The notes beneath the pieces are model-generated. The model saw only the letters and a program-made list of their open reading frames with translations, made no database searches and was not told the origin of the DNA. A stretch of DNA of 64,000 bases. Origin: Marine group II euryarchaeote REDSEA-S42_B7. Lineage in GTDB: Archaea > Thermoplasmatota > Poseidoniia > Poseidoniales > Thalassarchaeaceae. Position numbers and translations under genes: made by a program. Of this stretch, positions 42,873 to 52,697 are shown piece after piece. The stretch lies in contig LURZ01000001.1 of the NCBI GenBank assembly GCA_001629255.1, forward strand, positions 6,850 to 70,849. Direction: 5' to 3'. Position 1 is the stretch's first letter. The number at the start of each line of letters is the position of its first letter.

Positions 42873-44123
42873 ATGGAGCCGGGCAAGGATTCCGACATCG
42901 AGATCGTTCTCGAGGGCGAAATGCATGAACCTAGTTTTCCGGATCCATCAACTAGTCAAGAAGAACAGATCGATATCGTCAGAGCGACTGTCGGCCTAAC
43001 AAAGGAAGCGGCCAGAGCAATCAGCATTACTGCTATCGAGGCAGTTAGGGAGGGGGCTCTATTTATGGGGGTAATAGGATCAAGAGGAGAGTTGTTTGAC
43101 CCGTTCAAGCATATCGATGCGGCAATATGGTCAGAATCAGAAATCCCCGAGCATATGATACAAACATCATACGAATTCTGTGAAGAACTCACTCGTAGGG
43201 AGGCTGGAAATTTTTACCACTCCTTCAAGTATCTCCCGGATGAGAAGAGACAGTCAATAATGGCATACTACGCCTTCTGTAGAAGGGCCGATGACATCGC
43301 AGACGGGGACTTCGTGGATATTTTCCCCGGAGGATCTTCGGACGATCCGGAGTCTGTGGACTATAGATCAAGTATTGAGAGACTGAGCCCGGGGAATCCA
43401 GTATTGGATAGATCGACCTACAATGACAAGATGTCGCAGTTATTCTACTACAGAAAGAAACTATCCACAGCGTACGGCAATGTCACTTCAACCGATCCGA
43501 TCTTCATTGCCCTAAAGGATACTGTCAGAAAATACGGTATTCAGAGGCAACTTCTCGACGATATGATCAGTGGTATGGAGAATGACTTCCACAAGAATAG
43601 GTATCAAACCTTCGAGGAACTGTATTCATACTGCTACAGAGTTGCGTCCACAGTCGGTCTAGTCTGCATAGAGATTTACGGGTACGACGATCCAAAGGCC
43701 AAGGAATATGCAGAGTCTTGGGGCGTATTCATGCAACTCATCAATATTATCAGGGACGTTGCGGAAGATGCTCAGCGCGATCGAATATACCTCCCAATGG
43801 AAGATTTAGCAAGATGGGGAATTTCAGAGGAAGACGTGAAGAGTGGCAAGGAACTACTCAACCACCCTGGATGGGCTCCTTTCGTAGAGGAGTATTTGGA
43901 CAGAGCCGATGGATACAGACAGCGCGCCTTCAAGCTACTCTCCCATCTGGACAAGTCGGCTCGCTACTCTCCAGCAGCAATGGCATCTTTCTACCAATCG
44001 ATTATGGCGAAGATAACCAAGAAGAACGGAGATGTTTTCACAGAGAGGATTCAGCTGACCAAAACGGAGAAGATCCTGCTTGCTGGATATGTGTACGCGA
44101 GGTACAGATTCTTTGGCTTCTAA
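42873..44123 (+). CDS. Phytoene/presqualene diphosphate synthase (CrtB/HpnD-like) with N-terminal extension
   Basis: NFYHSF, YAFCRRADDIAD, YCYRVASTVGL, QLINIIRDVAEDA..RIYLP. Confidence 0.87.
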   Translation: MEPGKDSDIEIVLEGEMHEPSFPDPSTSQEEQIDIVRATVGLTKEAARAISITAIEAVREGALFMGVIGSRGELFDPFKHIDAAIWSESEIPEHMIQTSYEFCEELTRREAGNFYHSFKYLPDEKRQSIMAYYAFCRRADDIADGDFVDIFPGGSSDDPESVDYRSSIERLSPGNPVLDRSTYNDKMSQLFYYRKKLSTAYGNVTSTDPIFIALKDTVRKYGIQRQLLDDMISGMENDFHKNRYQTFEELYSYCYRVASTVGLVCIEIYGYDDPKAKEYAESWGVFMQLINIIRDVAEDAQRDRIYLPMEDLARWGISEEDVKSGKELLNHPGWAPFVEEYLDRADGYRQRAFKLLSHLDKSARYSPAAMASFYQSIMAKITKKNGDVFTERIQLTKTEKILLAGYVYARYRFFGF

Positions 44124-44189
44124 TGGTAATATCCACATCATCAATTTTCTTATGGAAGATGTATTATTCAATAGTAAGGAGGATTAGAT

Positions 44190-45959
44190 ATGAGGGTGGC
44201 TGTTCTTCTCGAGGAGAGGTGCAAACCGAACAGCAATGCCTTTGCGTATCTGAAGAAGTATTCAGAGATGTGCGAAAGAGAATGCATTCAGGTAGAGGGA
44301 TCAAAATGCAAGATACTGGAGGCGGCATGTCCCGTTTGCTTCACACGAGCCAAGCACTGTCCCGATGGGGCCGTAAAGATCATCAATCTTCCAGAGGAAT
44401 TGGACACCGACCTCACTCATTCCTACGGTGAGAACGCATTCAGGTTGTTCCGCCTACCTTCTCCTCGACAAGAACAGATAGTAGGAATATTAGGTCCCAA
44501 TGGAATTGGAAAGTCCACAGCCATAAACCTCCTTTCCGGAACATTCAGGCCGAATCTCGGGGATTGGGAGAATTCATCACCAGATTGGGACGAGGTAATT
44601 TCCACGTTCCCAAGAGGTGAACTCAGAGACTACCTCGGAATGGTGTCTACGGGCGAAGTCAGTATTGCAGTAAAGCCCCAGTACATCGATAAGCTACCAC
44701 GGATATTCGATGGAGAAGTGCGGGAACTTCTAGCGAGAGTAGACGATAGAGGAGAGATGGAAAACTACACTGAACTCATGGGAATCTCCCATATTCTAGA
44801 CAGAAAACTTGGGGATCTCTCTGGTGGCGAATTACAGAGGGTGGCGATTTGTGCTACCCTACTCAAGGAAGCCGACGTCTACTTTTTCGACGAGCCATCT
44901 TCATACTTGGACATATATGAGAGAATGAGAATGGTGGGAGTGGTGAGGGGGCTAGCAGAAAAGGGAAAGAGGGTACTGGTAGTAGAGCACGATTTGGCAA
45001 TTTTGGATGTTCTTTGTAATTCCATTCACGTCATCTATGGGGAGAGATCAGCCTACGGGATTTTCACTCCCCCCAGATCCACTAGGACTGCGATAAATGC
45101 ATACCTTGACGGCTTCCTCCCGGAGGAGAATGTCAGGATTAGAGACAAGCCGATACAGTTCCTGAGGGGGCGAAATCGCGGTGAAGAGGTAGGCACTCCC
45201 ATTCTAAAATGGGGAGACATAGAGAAGACTCTAGGAGACTTCAGCCTGACTACAGGAAAGGGCGAGGTGAAGTCCGCTGAGGTCGTTGGAGTAGTTGGTC
45301 CGAATGCTACAGGAAAGACGACTCTGGTGAAGATAATTGCTGGAGAGATAGATCCCGACGAAGGTTGGTGTACCATGGATGCCAAGGTATCATACAAACC
45401 TCAGCACGTTCGTGCAGACTTCGAGGGAACCGTACAAGAATGGTTAGATACGGAGATTGGAGGAAAATGGCGAAGTGGCGAATTCCATACCCAAGTAACT
45501 AGGGCCCTACAGGTTGACAAAATGGTTGACTTGCATGCGACTAAACTTTCAGGAGGAGAACTTCAGGCAGTCAGTATCGCTATCTGCTTGGGAAAGGAGG
45601 CGGATCTGTATCTGTTCGACGAGCCCAGTGCACATCTAGATGCCAATGCTAGAATGGAGGCTGCAAAAGCGATCAGGAGGACCATGGAAAGTAATGAGAA
45701 GGCTGCGATGGTCATAGATCATGACACCTACTTCCTTGACATAGTTAGCGACTCTGTTCTGGTATTCCAAGGCAAGGGAGGGGATCATGGAAAGGCTATC
45801 GGCCCACTATCACTCCGAAAGGGAATGAACCTCTTTCTATCCGATGCCGATGTTACTTTCAGGAGGGACATAGAATCACATCGTCCAAGGATAAACAAGC
45901 CTTCTAGCAGGAAGGACCGAGAGCAGAAATCATCCGGTGAATACTTCTACTCCGACTGA
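44190..45959 (+). CDS. Ribosome recycling ATPase ABCE1/Rli1
   Basis: Cys-rich N-terminus, GPNGIGKST, LSGGELQ twice, DEPS twice, TFRRD..S.RPRINK..S.KD.EQK..GEY. Confidence 0.95.
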   Translation: MRVAVLLEERCKPNSNAFAYLKKYSEMCERECIQVEGSKCKILEAACPVCFTRAKHCPDGAVKIINLPEELDTDLTHSYGENAFRLFRLPSPRQEQIVGILGPNGIGKSTAINLLSGTFRPNLGDWENSSPDWDEVISTFPRGELRDYLGMVSTGEVSIAVKPQYIDKLPRIFDGEVRELLARVDDRGEMENYTELMGISHILDRKLGDLSGGELQRVAICATLLKEADVYFFDEPSSYLDIYERMRMVGVVRGLAEKGKRVLVVEHDLAILDVLCNSIHVIYGERSAYGIFTPPRSTRTAINAYLDGFLPEENVRIRDKPIQFLRGRNRGEEVGTPILKWGDIEKTLGDFSLTTGKGEVKSAEVVGVVGPNATGKTTLVKIIAGEIDPDEGWCTMDAKVSYKPQHVRADFEGTVQEWLDTEIGGKWRSGEFHTQVTRALQVDKMVDLHATKLSGGELQAVSIAICLGKEADLYLFDEPSAHLDANARMEAAKAIRRTMESNEKAAMVIDHDTYFLDIVSDSVLVFQGKGGDHGKAIGPLSLRKGMNLFLSDADVTFRRDIESHRPRINKPSSRKDREQKSSGEYFYSD

Positions 45960-46002
45960 GATGAACCATTGGCTTCTTGAGGGACTATTACGGCCCGACA
46001 AC

Positions 46003-46503
46003 GTGGCAGAAGAGTCAGAGGACGGCGGGTCAGAGGAATCATCCAATGAGGAAATAGACCTCGAGGCTAGAGTTTCCGAACTGGAGGAGGAGCTCCAGTA
46101 TGCCAAGGCAGAAACGGTAAACATCGCTCAAAGAGCTGCCAGGGACCGCTCTGAGACTCTGAAGTACGGCGGCGCCTCTCTCGCTAGGAGGCTTATTCCT
46201 GCTTTAGACCACCTTTCCAAGGCTCTAGAAGCTACAGAAGTAGGTGAAGGGACAGAGTCAGTAATTGCAGGCGTGCGACTCACCCTAGATGGACTCAGGT
46301 CATCTCTAGAGTCAGAGGGAATCAATGAGATCAAAGCCCTAGGAAACGATTTCGATCCTACTTGCATGGAGGCGATTGCCACAGTACCCTGCCCAGAAGG
46401 AAAGAATCCTGGGAGTGTGATAGAAGTCATCGAAACTGGATACAGGATGCACGACCGCATCCTCAGAGCATCAAAAGTCGTTGTCGCTGAGGGTGACTCG
46501 TGA
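46003..46503 (+). CDS. grpE: Nucleotide exchange factor GrpE
   Basis: AETVN..QR, L.PALD.L, FDPTCMEA, GYRMHDRILRASKVVV. Start uncertain (45961 or 46003). Confidence 0.9.
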   Translation: MAEESEDGGSEESSNEEIDLEARVSELEEELQYAKAETVNIAQRAARDRSETLKYGGASLARRLIPALDHLSKALEATEVGEGTESVIAGVRLTLDGLRSSLESEGINEIKALGNDFDPTCMEAIATVPCPEGKNPGSVIEVIETGYRMHDRILRASKVVVAEGDS

Positions 46504-46997
46504 GTAGGAAAGGCAGAGCCTACTTGCTCGTGTTCGGAATAATTATCACATATGCTGGGGCAGTGTTCGCAATACAAATTGCAGCTCCAGATAACCCAAT
46601 AGAACCCGACAATTTCCCGACCAATTGTCCCGAAGATTCGATTAACTGCTCATTAATTGCACCAAATCACCATAGAAGTGGAAACCTCACAGAGATCAGA
46701 ATCAACGCTAGTTTATCCGAGGTAATGGCTGAAGTCAGAAAATGGATTGATTCCCAATCGGGAACTAGCACCATAGGAGATTGGCCCGAACAAACCCATG
46801 CAGTATTCAGAACTCTTATCCTGAGGTTTCCAGACGACTTCATAGTGCAAGGTTTCTGTGATAATGGCGATAGCGTCCTGTATGTTTACTCACAGTCACG
46901 CCTCGGTGTTTCTGATCTAGGAGTCAACAAAGCGCGAGTCGAGAGCTTCGCTGAGCATATGGCCAACGTCGAAATGGCTACATCAGAATGCGTCTAG
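46500..46997 (+). CDS. DUF1499 family protein
   Basis: N-terminal TM, CPEDSINC, HAVFRT.ILRFPDD, SQSRLGVSDLGVNKARV. Confidence 0.85.
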   Translation: MSRKGRAYLLVFGIIITYAGAVFAIQIAAPDNPIEPDNFPTNCPEDSINCSLIAPNHHRSGNLTEIRINASLSEVMAEVRKWIDSQSGTSTIGDWPEQTHAVFRTLILRFPDDFIVQGFCDNGDSVLYVYSQSRLGVSDLGVNKARVESFAEHMANVEMATSECV

Positions 46998-47015
46998 GGG
47001 TGTCCGGCGCTAACC

Positions 47016-47959
47016 TTGTCTGCAATTATTGACCCCGATATCCGAAAAGCTCACACCCTTCCGTCCGCATTCTACACAGATCCTGAGAAATTCGAGCAAA
47101 TCATGGAGGGATTTTCGCTAAATTGGCACATTGCAGCCCACGAGAGCCAGCTTTCAGGTAAGTCGGCAATTGAGCTGAGGCATCTGGAGAGTTTGCTGGG
47201 GGAGCCAATGATATTGGTATCCGGAGATGAAATCAGGTGCATATCGAACGTTTGCACCCACAGGGGGATGGATTTCCTGCTGCTGAAGATGATCTCAGAA
47301 CATTCCCCTCTACATCCTGGAAGGGACTGATTTTCACTGGTCTACAGCCATCTGGTATGGAAGCCTGTTTGGGAGAGATGGAATCTAGGGTTGGATGGAT
47401 GCCGATTGAGAAATTCGAATATGATAATTCTAGGAATAGGTGCTATGAAATCAGAGCAAATTGGGCCCTGTATGTTGATAACTACTTGGAGGGTTTCCAC
47501 ATCCCATTCGTCCACAATGACCTCAATAGGACTCTGGACTACGACGATTATAGAACTGAGATTTTCAATGGTGGAGTGCTGCAGATTGGTATCGCTAGAG
47601 ATGGGGAGCCTAGCTTCGAGATCCCTGAGGAATCACCCGACTTCGGGCTAAAAGTTGCAGCTTATTATTACTGGATTTATCCAGGTCTAATGCTCAACTT
47701 CTATCCATGGGGCCTATCTGTCAACTTAGTCCTCCCATTGTCAGTTGATCGTACTAGGATAGAGTACTATGGATTTGTATGGGATAAGAAATTCCTAGGG
47801 AAGGGTGCCGGAGGAGACCTAGACAAGGTCGAGGAAGAAGATCAGTTTGTGGTAGAGTCTACACACAGGGGCGTATCATCAGTTTCCTACGAAAGAGGGC
47901 GATACTCTCCTTCCAAAGAGATAGGCGTCCATCACTTCCACCAAATGCTATCATCTTAG
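47016..47959 (+). pseudogene. Rieske non-heme iron oxygenase alpha subunit (choline monooxygenase-like), internally deleted and frameshifted near 47268
   Basis: AHTLPS.FY and SNVCTHRG in the first frame; NWALYVDNYLEGFHIPFVH and EEEDQ in the second frame. The CxxH half of the Rieske site is missing. Confidence 0.82.
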
Positions 47960-47996
47960 AGTCAATTGATAACTAATTGTCCATTCGGCAGTGCCT

Positions 47997-49991
47997 ATGT
48001 CCCGCCAAAGAACTATTGCTACTTTGCTCGTCTTTCTATTGTTGTTGCCCGGATGTCTAAGTGATGAAACATTAGAGAATCCGGAAATTGAAGATTGTTC
48101 CACAATCATAGGAGACTCCTGCGAAAGCGAAGATACTACTGGAGGCGAGGAGGCCGTAGAGGAAGAGATATCAATATCAGGAACTAGTTTCTGCGACAAT
48201 ACAAATCCTGACCATTGCCTTTTGCCATTCCCCTCTTCTGCATTCCTTAATTCTGATTCCGGAACCATTACCGGATATAGATTGGACATCGATGGAGAGG
48301 CTATACCTGACTCAGCCTCCGCTGAGTCGGAAGATTTCCATATGCTAAATAGCAAGGACGGCCACTCCCCTTCCTCACAGATATTTACGACGTTTACTAG
48401 CATTCCCGATATATCCGGGCTCGCTTCTCAAGACTCTATACCCTCCTCACTTCTCCCTGGACACAACAGTCTCGTCTTAAATATGGATACGGGCCAGATA
48501 GTAGAACATTGGGTCGAAATCTCGGCCCGGACCCAGGAAGGCGAGCAAACCCTAGTCCATGTCCGAACCATACGAGGACTCGATCACAACACTCAGTACG
48601 CAGTTGCATTCAGGTCACTGACAGACGGAAGCGGAGATACAATCTCACCCTTCCCGGGGTTCAAAGCATTAAGGGATGGATTAGTAACTAACAACCAACA
48701 GATAGAGTCTCTCAGATCCAGCTACGAATCTATGTTCTCCTCTCTTTCTGAGATTGGCTATGAAAGGCAGAATCTTACAAGTGCATGGTGGTTTCACACT
48801 GCATCCAGCCAGTCAATCATGGGGGATATAATCTCGATGAGAAATAATGCAACCCAACTTCTAGGCGATGATGGGATAGGGTGCAATATTACGGCGGTGA
48901 ATGAGAATTATGCCGAAGACAACACAACTCTCAGGAGAATAAGTGGCACCATTACAACTCCTCATTATCTTGAATCCACATATCCCCCAACACCCATGAC
49001 CCGTTCAGAGGACGGAACTCCCAGATTCAACTTTCTGACAGAGGTTGTGTTCACAATTACGATCCCCAAGTCCGCTGCAGACGATTCACAACCTGCACCT
49101 CTCGTGGTCCTTGGGCATGGCTTCATGGGAGATGGAGAGGGCATGGTCACTGAAGCCAGAGGCTGGGCTAATGAATATGGATTTGCCACCATAGGAACTG
49201 ATTTTAAGGGTTGGAGCTCTGATGGAGATTTTGGTGCTTATACCTTCGCATTCCTAAATCCGAACTATCTACAACACCAGTCCGAGAGACTCCAGCAATC
49301 TTTGATCAATCATCTTGCAATGATTATTACAATCAAAGGGGTTTGCTCTGACCTCCCTGAATTTTACCACAACGGGGTGAACTTGGTGGACACTACCGAT
49401 ATCGATTACATGGGAGTATCACTTGGGGGAATAAGGGGCCCATCAATGCTGTCTCTAATTCAAGAAATTGACCGAGGAGTTCTTTGGGTGGGAGGCTCAT
49501 CTTTCAGCTTCATTGCTGAGAGATCCACACAATATACCCAATTTGAGGAGCTTTTCTCATCTTCTCTTGCTTACGAATCTACAATGGACAGATCGATAAT
49601 TATTGCACTTATGCAATCTATGTGGGATACTACTGAGCCTGAAACATACCTTCCTTTTGTTGACGGGGGGATGGATGGGGAACTACATCCCTACGAGATA
49701 CTCTATGTGGTTTCAATCAATGACGCGCAGGTCACGACACTCTCTGCGGATCGAGCCTCCAGGACTTCTGGAATCCCCGTTCTATCAAACTCCACATATC
49801 ACCCGTACGGTGTCGAAGTTGCCGATGCTCCGATTTCAGGTTCTGGTATTGTTTACTTCGATGGAGGATTCCCTGCAGTGCCATCAGGAAACATACAGGG
49901 GCCTATGGTGGAAGTGGCCAATGACTTTCTATTGAGTGGGGAGATAACTGACACTTGTTCGGGTGAGTGTTACTTCGAAGGGACTTGGTAG
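47997..49991 (+). CDS. Lipoprotein alpha/beta-hydrolase (lipase-like)
   Basis: Lipobox-like LLLPGC, CLLPFPS, VLGHGFMG, nucleophile elbow GVSLGG. Confidence 0.75.
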   Translation: MSRQRTIATLLVFLLLLPGCLSDETLENPEIEDCSTIIGDSCESEDTTGGEEAVEEEISISGTSFCDNTNPDHCLLPFPSSAFLNSDSGTITGYRLDIDGEAIPDSASAESEDFHMLNSKDGHSPSSQIFTTFTSIPDISGLASQDSIPSSLLPGHNSLVLNMDTGQIVEHWVEISARTQEGEQTLVHVRTIRGLDHNTQYAVAFRSLTDGSGDTISPFPGFKALRDGLVTNNQQIESLRSSYESMFSSLSEIGYERQNLTSAWWFHTASSQSIMGDIISMRNNATQLLGDDGIGCNITAVNENYAEDNTTLRRISGTITTPHYLESTYPPTPMTRSEDGTPRFNFLTEVVFTITIPKSAADDSQPAPLVVLGHGFMGDGEGMVTEARGWANEYGFATIGTDFKGWSSDGDFGAYTFAFLNPNYLQHQSERLQQSLINHLAMIITIKGVCSDLPEFYHNGVNLVDTTDIDYMGVSLGGIRGPSMLSLIQEIDRGVLWVGGSSFSFIAERSTQYTQFEELFSSSLAYESTMDRSIIIALMQSMWDTTEPETYLPFVDGGMDGELHPYEILYVVSINDAQVTTLSADRASRTSGIPVLSNSTYHPYGVEVADAPISGSGIVYFDGGFPAVPSGNIQGPMVEVANDFLLSGEITDTCSGECYFEGTW

Positions 49992-50002
49992 CCTCTGGGG
50001 GG

Positions 50003-50881
50003 TCAAATTCTTTCTTCCCTGTTTCCAGATGTCCAGTCGTAAATCCCCTTTCCTGTCTTTTTACCCAAATTTCCGGATTCCACCAGTTTCTTTAGTAGTG
50101 GGTGCGGTTTGTAGGAATCGTCCTCAAAGGCCTCCGCCAAACTATTCAGAATATCCATCCTAACATCGAGACCCACTAGATCGGATAACTCCAAAGGTCC
50201 CATAGGATGAAGATAACCTAATTTCATCGCAGTGTCAATATCACTTGCTGATGCAACTCCTTCTGCCAGCATTCTGATTGCCTCATTACCCAATACTACT
50301 CCCAATCTACTGGTAGCAAATCCTGGAACGTCATTTACTAGTATCGTGGTCTTGCCCATAGACTCCCCTACTTTTTTAGAAATCGCAATCGTTTCCTCTG
50401 ATGTTTCTCCGTGCTTCACTATCTCGAGTAATGGCATCAGCGGGACTGGATTGAAGAAGTGCAAACCGACAAACCTCCAGGAAGTTTGGATTTCAGTGGC
50501 AATCTCCGTAATGGAAAGCCCCGAGGTGTTTGTTGCTAGGACTGCTTCCTTGGGTGCCAAACCCTCGAGTTTCCGGAAGACCGACTTCTTCAAGTCAATC
50601 TTCTCGGGGACTGCTTCTATAATCAGGTCCATACCTCTGGAAGCCTCACTTATGTCGGAGGTAGTACACAGGTTAGCCTTCCATGATGAAACCTCAACCT
50701 CTCCCGTCTTACCTTTCTCTATACCCTTCTGCCAGAAATTCAGTATACTCTCCTCGCCCTTCTTCAGAGATTTAGGAAACGCGTCGTAGAGTACAGTTTC
50801 CCATCCGGTCTGAGCGCAAACCTGGGCTATCCCAGATCCCATAGCGCCAGCGCCGATGATGCCCACTTTCCGAATTACCAC
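50003..50881 (-). CDS. 3-hydroxyacyl-CoA dehydrogenase (PaaH/Hbd-like)
   Basis: IIGAGAMGSGIA, IEAVPE, TNTS, GLHFFNP, PMGPLELSDLVGLD, GKKTGKG. Start GTG 50881. Confidence 0.93.
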   Translation of the reverse strand: MVIRKVGIIGAGAMGSGIAQVCAQTGWETVLYDAFPKSLKKGEESILNFWQKGIEKGKTGEVEVSSWKANLCTTSDISEASRGMDLIIEAVPEKIDLKKSVFRKLEGLAPKEAVLATNTSGLSITEIATEIQTSWRFVGLHFFNPVPLMPLLEIVKHGETSEETIAISKKVGESMGKTTILVNDVPGFATSRLGVVLGNEAIRMLAEGVASASDIDTAMKLGYLHPMGPLELSDLVGLDVRMDILNSLAEAFEDDSYKPHPLLKKLVESGNLGKKTGKGIYDWTSGNREERI

Positions 50882-50915
50882 GAGATGCGGAGAGCACCTC
50901 TCCCCATAAGCCGTA

Positions 50916-51479
50916 CTAACCCTCACGCCCGTATGCCGCGAGTGCTGACTGGAACAGTCTTTGTCGCGGTACGTCATGCTCTAGGAAGCATGTGAATGGC
51001 GCCACGTCTTTCAAAAGCTCAATCGATGAAATGTATGCGCCATAGATGAATGGGTCCGCACTCTCTGTGGAAGGAATCTGGATACCTAGCTTTGACAGGC
51101 CTTTCCTGGTATCTTCGTCCCATATCGAGTAGGTGTGGTGAGTGAAGTGAAGATAAGCGGAGAGCCTCCTAACATCGGATCTCGCCTTGTCGGTCAAACT
51201 CTCGATAAGAAGGGTGTCTGGATACTTGATTGCGTACAGGGATAGCAGCACTTCTCGCTGTGTTTCCTCTTTCCATTCTCTCTTTCCGAGGCCCATCCAA
51301 TCGTCAATCATATCTAGCATCTCGGGAGTGTAAGGTCTGCGGACTTTGTATAGCAACTCCTCGTATGAAGAAGCATCCTGGTCATCGGAGTGATGATGGT
51401 CGTGGAAGAGATCAGTCAGTCTCTCAAAGAACGGTCGACATGCCTCTTTGTCAAATGAGGATAGCGCAACATGCTGCAT
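50916..51479 (-). CDS. Hypothetical protein (weak resemblance to HhH glycosylase-like fold)
   Basis: GAGGTGA precedes ATG 51479; motif SAYLHF....YSIWD..TR..L. Confidence 0.65.
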   Translation of the reverse strand: MQHVALSSFDKEACRPFFERLTDLFHDHHHSDDQDASSYEELLYKVRRPYTPEMLDMIDDWMGLGKREWKEETQREVLLSLYAIKYPDTLLIESLTDKARSDVRRLSAYLHFTHHTYSIWDEDTRKGLSKLGIQIPSTESADPFIYGAYISSIELLKDVAPFTCFLEHDVPRQRLFQSALAAYGREG

Positions 51480-51493
51480 TATGGTCACCTCGT

Positions 51494-52636
51494 CTATTTA
51501 CCCTTCCATTCTCTGTACTGTATCCAGTCTTCCTTCATATACACGTTAACCAGGGTATCCTCGTCCTCATCGGTAGGAAGTACGGAATCCAAATAGGCCC
51601 GATATTCTTCTTCCGACCCTTCGAAGGATTCACCTTCTACAGTGTAATTCTTCCCTGCATACTTGCCTATGCCCCTCTTGAACTTATCAGAGGGGATGTA
51701 CAACTCGGGCTCTCCTTCCTTGCGGGCCTTACTGATCCTGCCCATCTCTGCCCTGAGCTCCTGAAAGTAGAGGTCTCTGCTGGCCTCATTCAGGTGCTCT
51801 CTGTCTGCTTCCGTGTCAGCCTCTCTCTCGTCGTACCTACCTTTAATTCCGTAGACGTATGCCCACTCCGCGCTGCTGGAGTCATCTGTTCCGAAAAGGT
51901 CCAATCCGGTGCTAACCCACTTGTTGATGTATTTCTGAATGAGTGAGCAAGGGATCACTCCCTGCTTGACTACCCTACGAAGCCCGTTCGCTCCGGTTCC
52001 AAGGTGGAATGACTCTTCCTTCAGCATTGGTCCCATACTCGCAGCTAGTGGCTTGAAAGAAGAGGTGCTCAGCATCTTCAACTGGTACTTCCCGTCCCGG
52101 TCGATGAAGTGGGTGAACATGAAGAAGTCCAGCCAGTGGTCTATTGGCTCGTTGAAGGATCCAAGTATCCGAGTTCCCTCCTGAGCGTTCCTCTCGAGAA
52201 GCTTGGCGGCTTCCCTTACTCCTTGTTCGCCGAAGAACGTGCATAGCAGGTAGGCCATCTGCCAACCGTGCCTCTGTTCCTCGCACATTATTCTCAAGGC
52301 CGATTTTTTGTCATACTCGGTCGGCGCTGTTTCTAGGAGATGGTTCTGCTGTTCGACGCTGGCGAACTCGGTGTCTCCTTGGACGCTGACCATAGTCAGA
52401 ATCGCGTCAGTGATGTTCTGTTGCGGAATTTGCATCCTCCTCTCCCACTTGGGCATGCCCTCGAAGTCACCAAACTCTATTTCTGCTCCTGCTGTATCCC
52501 AATCGAATTTGATATCGAAGCTGTAATCGCCCAACCATGAGGGATCGAACCCGATTCTAGTCTGCCAGTCATTGAACATTTCAATCCAAGACTCAAAGTT
52601 CGTCGGATAATTTTGAACTATGTCAGTATCTGTCAT
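51494..52636 (-). CDS. boxB: Benzoyl-CoA 2,3-epoxidase BoxB-like di-iron protein (PaaA/PaaC ferritin-like superfamily)
   Basis: VQGDTEFASVEQQ, APTEYD, EEQRHGWQMAYLL, RILGSFN, FFMFTHFIDRDGKYQL, MLKEESFH, LDLFG, GIKGRYDE. Confidence 0.82.
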   Translation of the reverse strand: MTDTDIVQNYPTNFESWIEMFNDWQTRIGFDPSWLGDYSFDIKFDWDTAGAEIEFGDFEGMPKWERRMQIPQQNITDAILTMVSVQGDTEFASVEQQNHLLETAPTEYDKKSALRIMCEEQRHGWQMAYLLCTFFGEQGVREAAKLLERNAQEGTRILGSFNEPIDHWLDFFMFTHFIDRDGKYQLKMLSTSSFKPLAASMGPMLKEESFHLGTGANGLRRVVKQGVIPCSLIQKYINKWVSTGLDLFGTDDSSSAEWAYVYGIKGRYDEREADTEADREHLNEASRDLYFQELRAEMGRISKARKEGEPELYIPSDKFKRGIGKYAGKNYTVEGESFEGSEEEYRAYLDSVLPTDEDEDTLVNVYMKEDWIQYREWKGK

Positions 52637-52697
52637 GCTTTGCCCCAACATTAAGGGGTATTTCAGAGGTTGCTTTTCTTATCTACAAATGGACAGC

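Noticed and set aside
23885-47280. Programmed ribosomal frameshifting at the four broken genes
   Set aside because: No slippery heptamers at the junctions, and in at least three cases expected residues are physically missing, which recoding cannot restore.
49890-49930. Possible fifth, in-frame deletion near the lipase C-terminus (GPM|VEVANDF; no obvious catalytic His)
   Set aside because: The frame is intact, and I cannot show missing sequence without an alignment to homologues.
40066-51946. Long alternative-frame ORFs (40066-40770, 43718-44431, 50232-50789, 51230-51946) and similar shadows elsewhere
   Set aside because: They lie antisense or out of frame to well-supported genes and have no recognisable motifs.
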